IMG/VR virus record: IMGVR_UViG_3300005323_000363
Span: 1 to 31,355 of that record
DNA from: a virus
Lineage: Duplodnaviria > Caudoviricetes
Length of the DNA stretch: 31,355 nucleotides
Reading direction: 5' to 3' (one strand)
The translations under genes and the position numbers were made by a program. The first letter of the stretch is position 1. Each line of letters starts with the position of its first letter. The notes beneath the pieces are model-generated. The model did no database searches. It was not told where the DNA came from and saw only the letters and a program-made list of their open reading frames with translations. Shown here one piece after another: positions 25,719-31,355 of the stretch.

Positions 25719-26732
25719 TTAACTTTTCTCGGACGCTAACTGTAAAATATCCTTGAGACTACACCCCCCACTGCCAGATTTTAACCGTGCATGCTCTTTC
25801 TGCGCCTGTTCTGCGTAATAAGCCTCACTCTCCGCTTTTAACACCCGCAGGAACCAAGGCCAATGCTCGCTTATCACCGGTTTGCTGTCGCGATATTGCG
25901 CGCAGATGCGCAAAATCACATCATCAGGAAACCGGCGCTTCTGCGGCCAGTTAAGCCGCTTCTTAACTTTACCGATCAACGCATAAATATTAAAGCCGGC
26001 ACGATAGACCTCATCCATCGCTTGCTTAACCTGCGGATTGTCCACAGACTTATTAACAGTAACAGCCGGTTTTTCGGCTGCCGAAGGCTTAATGGTTAGG
26101 TTGGTACGGTTAGGTTGGTACGGTTGGTTAGGTAGACTGGCTTTAGTCTGGCTTTCGTATGGCTTAGTATTCTTTTTCCGATTGCAACTCCGGCAGCAGG
26201 ACACAAGATTAGAAGGGTCGTCTGTTCCGCCATTGCTTACCGGCACAAGATGATCTACTTCCATATAATCGGAAGTCTTGCCGCAGTAATGACAGATATA
26301 ACTATCCCTCTCCAATATCTCCTTGCGTAATGCTATCCAGCCAGGCTTAGCCTGTCTGCCGAAAGCCTTGTTATACTCAATACCGTGTTTAGCCCAGATA
26401 GCAATTAACCTCTCCGGCTTACTACTGCGGTATTTTGCCTCAAGATACTTTCCGGCATAATCAAGCCAATCGTGGATTATTTTGCCATCCAGCCATTTGT
26501 GTAGTTGAAGCAAGGAGACGAACTGAGGAGCGTCACCGGGATAACAGGCGGAAGCGGCAATAAACTCATCACTCCATCGCGATAAGTCGCCATCTTCGGC
26601 TTGCTCCAGGGCGGCGTGCCAGAGAACGTGAAGGTGCCCCACAACGTAAACGGGTTTCAGGCGTAAATCCTTCGCCAGATCCACCACTTTATGGTGCCTA
26701 ATTAACACTGTGTGTGATTCTATCCAGGCCAT
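25719..26732 (-). CDS. Phage replication-initiator-like protein with embedded HNH domain
   Basis: N-terminus MAWIESH...HHKV..LA..L...VGHL..LW...IHDW; central ILERDSYICHYCG...VDHLVPVSNGGTDDPSNLVSCCRSCNRKK. Confidence 0.7.
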   Translation of the reverse strand: MAWIESHTVLIRHHKVVDLAKDLRLKPVYVVGHLHVLWHAALEQAEDGDLSRWSDEFIAASACYPGDAPQFVSLLQLHKWLDGKIIHDWLDYAGKYLEAKYRSSKPERLIAIWAKHGIEYNKAFGRQAKPGWIALRKEILERDSYICHYCGKTSDYMEVDHLVPVSNGGTDDPSNLVSCCRSCNRKKNTKPYESQTKASLPNQPYQPNRTNLTIKPSAAEKPAVTVNKSVDNPQVKQAMDEVYRAGFNIYALIGKVKKRLNWPQKRRFPDDVILRICAQYRDSKPVISEHWPWFLRVLKAESEAYYAEQAQKEHARLKSGSGGCSLKDILQLASEKS

Positions 26733-26745
26733 TTATCCCCCGGGA

Positions 26746-26874
26746 TTAACTCCCTATGTGATCGTTTAGTTCTTTATTTTTGCACCGCCTCCTGTTGCGA
26801 CAGTTTTCGCAAACCCGTTTTGACCGGGTCCTGCGGGCTTTCATTGCCATGCAAACCTCTTTTGTTATGCTCAT
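26746..26874 (-). CDS. Small basic Cys-containing hypothetical protein
   Basis: ATG at 26874 after AAGGAG; CENC...C. Confidence 0.4.
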   Translation of the reverse strand: MSITKEVCMAMKARRTRSKRVCENCRNRRRCKNKELNDHIGS

Positions 26875-27070
26875 TTTTCTCCTTTCTATGTTTTTGCCTG
26901 TTTTTAGCCCCGTAGGGCCTTTTGCCGTGTTAGACCACGCACTCACCAATAATTTTTAATTTCCCACGGTTAAAACCTGGCAATCCGTGGTATTGTAGAG
27001 AGAAATTATTTTCTACCCCACCACTCCGCAGAACTCCTCCCAAATCAATACCCTTTTCTTCTTGCGTCTT

Positions 27071-27472
27071 TCATCCTTGTCCTTTTATCAGTTCCTCTTC
27101 TTCCAGCGCTTCCACATCTTCCCCCGCTTCAATCCGCTTCTGCCTGGCTGCGGCCACCGCCTTTATCAACTCAACCCGGATCTTACGGATAACGTAACCG
27201 GCATACGCGTCAAGTTCAGCGCGCAGCTGATCCACCAGGGATTTAATTTTGTCCGGATCCCCCTGCACTATTGGCGCCCCCCCCACCACAGGTTTTCTCG
27301 CAGAAGACTTCTTTCCTGTCGCTTTACCTACCGGGCGGCAGTGATACGACACCTCCCAACCCTTAACCTCAACCCCTTTCTCTTTGAACAATGCGATTAT
27401 TTCCTTTGGCTGTTTTTTGCCATTAAGCCGCAAGTCGCGTATTCCCTGGATCTGTTCCGGTGTTAAAGCCAT
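27071..27472 (-). CDS. Hypothetical protein, possible N-terminal HTH plus coiled coil
   Basis: 133 aa; RBS AGGGGG. Confidence 0.6.
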   Translation of the reverse strand: MALTPEQIQGIRDLRLNGKKQPKEIIALFKEKGVEVKGWEVSYHCRPVGKATGKKSSARKPVVGGAPIVQGDPDKIKSLVDQLRAELDAYAGYVIRKIRVELIKAVAAARQKRIEAGEDVEALEEEELIKGQG

Positions 27473-27488
27473 TATGCCCCCTTTGTTT

Positions 27489-28571
27489 TTACCATTTAAG
27501 AACAGCCTCTTTTAATCGATAGCTGTTCGCATATCGGAAATGCCCCAAATAAGAATTTAACAACTGGATTTTTGCAGCAGACTTACCTCCTTCCCGGATA
27601 TGTCTGATTTTTTGTTTTAGGTTATTGACAACACGCCTCCTCACAAGAATATAACGAGGCCTAACGATATATCCCAAGAAGTCGATGCCGTTTGATATGG
27701 GTAGAAGTTTGCGCCGCTTAGGGTGTAGTTGTAATTTTAAGTTGTCATGTAAAAAACTCTCTATCTTTGATCTCCAATCAAGCAATTCATCCCGGCTTCT
27801 GGAAAGCAGCACAAAGTCATCAACATAACGAAGGTAGTAATGCGCCTTTAAGGCATGCTTGGCGTATTGATCCAATTCATTCAGGTAGATATTTGCGAAA
27901 TACTGGCTTGTGAGATTGCCGATCGGGAGCCCTTCTTCGTTATTCTTACCAAACAGGCTTTTATTGGGCGGTATATTAAAAAGCAACTGCTTATTACCTC
28001 TCAAAGCATATGATTTAGTGCAGTCCCAGAAAAGAACTGTCCGCGCAAGCCAAAGAAGATTAGGATCAGAAACCTTTCGTCTTATGATCGAAAACAACAC
28101 TTCTTTGTCTATCGAAGTGAAGAAGTCCTTGATATCCAGCTGGAGATAATAAGCGGGGATGTGCCCGTTTCCTGTTATTTGACGCTGGAATTTCTGCAAT
28201 CTTTTTACTGCGGAATGGGTTCCCTTATTATCACGGCAGGCGTATGAATCGTGGATAAATACCGGTTCGTAGACTTGTTCCAGCTCTCTAACTAAAAGGT
28301 GATGTACTACACGGTCGCGGAAGTCTGCCGCGAATATCTCTCTTACTTTGGGCTTCTTGGCTGCAAAAAGAAGCGAGCGCGAAGGATGGTAAGTTTGGTT
28401 CTTAAGATCCTGCTCAAGTTTAATATTGTTCTCCTCCGCCTTTATCTCGTACTTCAGCGCGTTAAAGGTATTACGCTTCTTCTTCCGGCAATCGAGATAG
28501 GCAGTGTATATATTCTTGTAAGAGAACCTGTTGTTCTGTAAGCCGCTGGCTGGGACGGACAGGCCGCACAT
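27489..28571 (-). CDS. DGR reverse transcriptase
   Basis: REIFAADFRDRVVHH, DSYACR..KGTH, LDIKDFF, GLPIGNLTSQYFANIYL (DGR-type SQ motif), YLRYVDDF, GIDFLGY; 360 aa with no maturase or endonuclease domain. Confidence 0.95.
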   Translation of the reverse strand: MCGLSVPASGLQNNRFSYKNIYTAYLDCRKKKRNTFNALKYEIKAEENNIKLEQDLKNQTYHPSRSLLFAAKKPKVREIFAADFRDRVVHHLLVRELEQVYEPVFIHDSYACRDNKGTHSAVKRLQKFQRQITGNGHIPAYYLQLDIKDFFTSIDKEVLFSIIRRKVSDPNLLWLARTVLFWDCTKSYALRGNKQLLFNIPPNKSLFGKNNEEGLPIGNLTSQYFANIYLNELDQYAKHALKAHYYLRYVDDFVLLSRSRDELLDWRSKIESFLHDNLKLQLHPKRRKLLPISNGIDFLGYIVRPRYILVRRRVVNNLKQKIRHIREGGKSAAKIQLLNSYLGHFRYANSYRLKEAVLKW

Positions 28572-28661
28572 AATATCTGTTGTCCTTATCGTTGTAGTTC
28601 ACGTTGCCGTTGTCATAATTGATTATGCGCACGTTGCTGCGCTCATTCCAGGCAACCTTTT
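28546..28661 (-). repeat. DGR template repeat (TR)
   Basis: AAC/AAT-rich copy (8 Asn codons; KVAWNERSNVRIINYDNGNVNYNDKDNRYYVRPVRPS) of the 3' ends of two upstream genes; lies between avd and RT. Confidence 0.95.
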
Positions 28662-28788
28662 GCTTACACACTTGACGCCCCTGCAAGGGGCTCTTCGGGG
28701 ACGGATCCGACAAGGTACCATCCCCTGTGTTCTTATGCCGTTTAGGCGGCGTAAGCGCCCAGTGAGTTACAGAAACCGCGCACTTCCC

Positions 28789-29157
28789 TCAAGATCTACC
28801 CCCTGGGGAATTCTGGCACCTAAGCCATCCTTCGCACTGTTTCAATACCCCAACAACTTTTCGTACTCCCACCTCAAAACTTTTAAAACTGTTGAACGCC
28901 CTTCTTTGCTTGGAAAACCGCAAGAGAACCTTCATCGACTCTAATTTATCGCGCGCCTGCGCAAGGCAACGCCCCCTCTCGTCTTTCTTGTTGATAGCTT
29001 CAGTAATAAGAAGTAACACTTCGATAGAGAAATTAAGCAGCTTTGCGCCAATAGTATACTTATGCCGCTTGGCGAAGTGAGTAACGATCAGGTCTGTATA
29101 CTCGGCAAGGTCAAAAGCAGCCTTATAGATCGGAAGATTCTCGTATGCGCTTTCCAT
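28789..29157 (-). CDS. avd: DGR accessory variability determinant (Avd, four-helix bundle)
   Basis: 122 aa, basic; LPIYK...F.K.HKYTIG..L...LLR...QCEGW; canonical position upstream of TR-RT. Confidence 0.88.
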   Translation of the reverse strand: MESAYENLPIYKAAFDLAEYTDLIVTHFAKRHKYTIGAKLLNFSIEVLLLITEAINKKDERGRCLAQARDKLESMKVLLRFSKQRRAFNSFKSFEVGVRKVVGVLKQCEGWLRCQNSPGGRS

Positions 29158-29182
29158 TTATACCTCGCAAAAAGTCAAAAGA

Positions 29183-29566
29183 TCAAACTGGCATGGGACG
29201 GACAGGCCGCACATAATATCTGTAGTCCTCATCGCCGTAGCCCACGTAGCCGCCGTCATAATAGACCACGCGCACGCCGCGCTCAACCCAGGCAACCTTT
29301 TCAGCGGTCGCATACCAATCGTCTGTCTTTGTGTCCGCGAATATCGGGAAGAAGCAATCATTGCCCCTATAGTTAACAGTAGAGGCCAATTCCTCCCCAT
29401 CCGGCTCTCGCCCGCCGTGATCCTCGCAAAACTTCCTCCGTTCCTCCGAACCAAGGATGGCCTCGCAACTCGGTCCCCACTCGCGCTGTTCCCGCCAGTC
29501 CCTGATCCAGCCGTCTGGTAATTTCTCAAACCTCTTTGGATCGTAATATCCGATCAGTTTATCCAT
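29183..29566 (-). CDS. DGR target 1 (DUF1566/CLec-like, 127 aa)
   Basis: ATG at 29566 with RBS GGAGGGG; carries VR1 at its 3' end; ends YYVRPVRP. Confidence 0.88.
   Translation of the reverse strand: MDKLIGYYDPKRFEKLPDGWIRDWREQREWGPSCEAILGSEERRKFCEDHGGREPDGEELASTVNYRGNDCFFPIFADTKTDDWYATAEKVAWVERGVRVVYYDGGYVGYGDEDYRYYVRPVRPMPV
29188..29301 (-). repeat. DGR variable repeat VR1
   Basis: Hand alignment to TR: 16 substitutions, all at TR adenines, plus a 3-nt deletion. Confidence 0.95.
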
Positions 29567-29651
29567 GTTCGCGCCCCTCCATGGCGCCTTGTTTTTATAG
29601 GGGCTGCCATCCCCCGACCGCCCCTCCCCTCCTCCGGACCACCTTCCGGGA

Positions 29652-29789
29652 TCAGAATGTCGCGCAGATATTAACCCCTGCGGCAAATAACCAAAACAAG
29701 CCCTTACGCACGTTGCCAGCCAATAGATAGATAATCCCAGCGCATACGCTCAAAGCTATAATGATTAACGGGAACGCCTTTTCTCTCAT
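29652..29789 (-). CDS. Small two-TM membrane protein (45 aa)
   Basis: Hand translation MREKAFPLIIIALSVCAGIIYLLAGNVRKGLFWLFAAGVNICATF; ATGA overlap with the upstream gene. Confidence 0.6.
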   Translation of the reverse strand: MREKAFPLIIIALSVCAGIIYLLAGNVRKGLFWLFAAGVNICATF

Positions 29790-30097
29790 TCGCCGGCGCC
29801 CTCCATTTGCCGCTTGGACCACCTCTTAAGAAAAAGCGCCCCTTTTGGCGTCTTGTATTCACCAAACTGCTGTTGCGCCCCGCACTTGCGGCACACCATC
29901 TCAATATAAATGTACTGCCCGTTTTTGGTCTGCCGGGCCTGCAGGTCCACCTGATCGCTGTGACACAGACCGCACTCCCCCTTCAACCCCATAAATGGCG
30001 TGGCTTTCAGCAGCGCCTCTTTTATGTCCCTCTCCCCGTCAAATTTGATCGAGATCTGAGTTGTCGGGTTTATCTTCTTGTGTACAATAATTTCCAT
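29786..30097 (-). CDS. Hypothetical Zn-ribbon protein
   Basis: CGLC...CRKC; RBS AAGGAG. Confidence 0.65.
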   Translation of the reverse strand: MEIIVHKKINPTTQISIKFDGERDIKEALLKATPFMGLKGECGLCHSDQVDLQARQTKNGQYIYIEMVCRKCGAQQQFGEYKTPKGALFLKRWSKRQMEGAGE

Positions 30098-30130
30098 GCT
30101 TTTCTCCTTAAAAGCTAATTGTCAAATATT

Positions 30131-30652
30131 CTAAACACTGGCGGGACGGACAGGCCGCACATAACATCTGCTGCCCTTATCGTAGTAGCCCACGTAGCCG
30201 TGGCCATAATCGACCACGCGCACGCCGCGCTCATTCCAGGCAACCTTTTCATTTGTCCAGTAGCCGGCTTCCTTTGTGTCTTTAAAGATACTGGTGTCTA
30301 TCTGCGATCCTGTGGGATTGTTTTTCACAAGAGAATATGCGGATACCGGACTCGGCCGGAACCATCCTGTGTGACCTGCGAATTTCAACTCGGCACACGC
30401 CACCCCCGCTTCCTCCCAGGGCATATCCTCGCGGAAATGTTTTGGCAGATCGGTATGAGGAAGGGTAACGATATATTCGTTGTACCAGGTATCCAATACC
30501 GTGCCGTTCTTCATATCGATAAACCGCTCCTCCGGAAACTCCTTAACCTTGACTATCCGTACCTTCTGTGCCGACAGGATCGTAGATATATCCTTTGCGG
30601 CTCCCTTAAGATCAAACCTTTCGTTTAACACTTTCAATACCTGTCCGTTCAT
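30131..30652 (-). CDS. DGR target 2 (DUF1566/Lcl C-terminal-like, 173 aa)
   Basis: ATG at 30652 after GGGGAG; RFIDMKNGTVLD...WEEA..AC.EL.FAGHTGWFRP...IF.DT...YWT, then VR2. Confidence 0.9.
   Translation of the reverse strand: MNGQVLKVLNERFDLKGAAKDISTILSAQKVRIVKVKEFPEERFIDMKNGTVLDTWYNEYIVTLPHTDLPKHFREDMPWEEAGVACAELKFAGHTGWFRPSPVSAYSLVKNNPTGSQIDTSIFKDTKEAGYWTNEKVAWNERGVRVVDYGHGYVGYYDKGSRCYVRPVRPASV
30138..30249 (-). repeat. DGR variable repeat VR2
   Basis: Hand alignment to TR: 14 substitutions, all at TR adenines, plus the same 3-nt deletion as VR1. Confidence 0.95.
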
Positions 30653-30665
30653 TTCTCCCCCTTTG

Positions 30666-31355
30666 TTATAGCCCGTACACTTTGTTAAAGATCCTTCTGT
30701 CCCGCACAAACCAACCAAAATAGTCATCCACAGATCTGTCAACCATCGGCCTCCCAAAGCCGCACTTATTGCCCGGGTTGATCGGTGCGATCACCAGTTG
30801 CTTTATTTCTCCTCCAGCTTCGCATTTGGCGTATGCCGCGGTCTGCTTGAAAAACTTATCCACCCTTATCGCGGGATAGTGCATCGATGTTTTAAAATCC
30901 ACCATCGCCGGTTCATCTCTATATAAACACGGCCAGTCAGGCGTACCGGAATATCTATACTGGTCGTTAAAACAAATCTCTTCTCCGATCTTCTCTTTCC
31001 ACGGCTTGAAAAGCTTACCGTGCTTTTCCCAAAACCCCAGAAAATTACAATCCTCCCAACTTAACCCCAGGCTGCCGGAAGTGATAATGTTGATATCCCT
31101 GCACATACGCAGCATTTCATCTTCAGTGCGCGGAATCTTCATCAGGTCCCGCTCCCACCTGCCTGTCTGCAGGAAATGCCTTATCTGCGCATGCACGATC
31201 CATCCCCGTGCCGCATACTGCCTAAGCTTATACTCCGGGAATATTATCGGATACACCGCCGATAGTATGGTAGTTACAGACGGATATTTTACCCCTTCTT
31301 TCTCTGCTACTCTCGCCCCTTGCGGCAAGCGGCGGTATTGGCTGCCCAGCTGCAT
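30666..31355 (-). CDS. PD-(D/E)XK exonuclease-like protein, 5' end possibly outside the window
   Basis: YPSVTTIL...RG..VH...YSGTPD...VDFKTS...QTAAY. Confidence 0.75.
   Translation of the reverse strand: MQLGSQYRRLPQGARVAEKEGVKYPSVTTILSAVYPIIFPEYKLRQYAARGWIVHAQIRHFLQTGRWERDLMKIPRTEDEMLRMCRDINIITSGSLGLSWEDCNFLGFWEKHGKLFKPWKEKIGEEICFNDQYRYSGTPDWPCLYRDEPAMVDFKTSMHYPAIRVDKFFKQTAAYAKCEAGGEIKQLVIAPINPGNKCGFGRPMVDRSVDDYFGWFVRDRRIFNKVYGL

Larger units (their letters stand above)
27489..30652 (-). mobile_element. Diversity-generating retroelement cassette (target2 ... target1-avd-TR-RT)
   Basis: All canonical components are present, with adenine-specific TR/VR differences. Confidence 0.95.
1..31355 (-). 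mobile_element. Podovirus-type phage or prophage segment
   Basis: Contiguous terS-terL-portal-scaffold-capsid-adaptor-nozzle-ejection-fibre operon plus early genes; no host housekeeping genes, integrase or att site in the window. Confidence 0.92.

Noticed and set aside
27489-28571. RT as group II intron, retron or Abi RT
   Set aside because: SQ motif, short length, adjacent Avd and TR/VR pairs identify it as a DGR RT.
28471-28713. 80-aa ORF resembling the target C-termini
   Set aside because: It is the TR read in the VR frame; no clear RBS and it overlaps the RT, so it is treated as template rather than a target.
29158-29529. 123-aa alternative-frame ORF over target 1
   Set aside because: Overlaps the better-supported target gene; its similarity to the RT N-terminus only reflects the shared TR/VR sequence.
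28546-30249. Three ~110-bp repeats as a CRISPR array or simple duplication
   Set aside because: No repeat-spacer periodicity; substitutions are confined to adenines of one copy.
30666-31355. Nuclease as CRISPR-associated Cas4
   Set aside because: No cas genes or array and no four-Cys cluster pattern; consistent with an ordinary phage exonuclease.

Overview
The window is an internal part of a podovirus-type phage or prophage genome, with almost all genes on the minus strand. Reading right to left, an early/replication block (PD-(D/E)XK exonuclease, replication protein with an HNH insert, C5 DNA methyltransferase, radical-SAM-like protein, DUF1064-like nuclease) is followed by a late block (terminases, portal, scaffold, GroES-like protein, tRNA-Met(CAT), major capsid, T7 gp11/gp12-like tail proteins, ejection proteins, tail fibre). 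Two AT-rich moron cassettes with their own promoters interrupt the late block on the plus strand. The early block contains a complete diversity-generating retroelement (DGR): RT, template repeat, Avd and two small DUF1566/CLec-type targets whose variable repeats differ from the template only at adenines, apart from one shared codon deletion and single-base offsets at the 3' boundary. A third paralog that does not match the template sits just upstream of the capsid gene. The tail nozzle and tail fibre both begin with Sec-type signal peptides, which is unexpected for tailed-phage virion proteins. All family assignments come from motif recognition by eye, not database searches.
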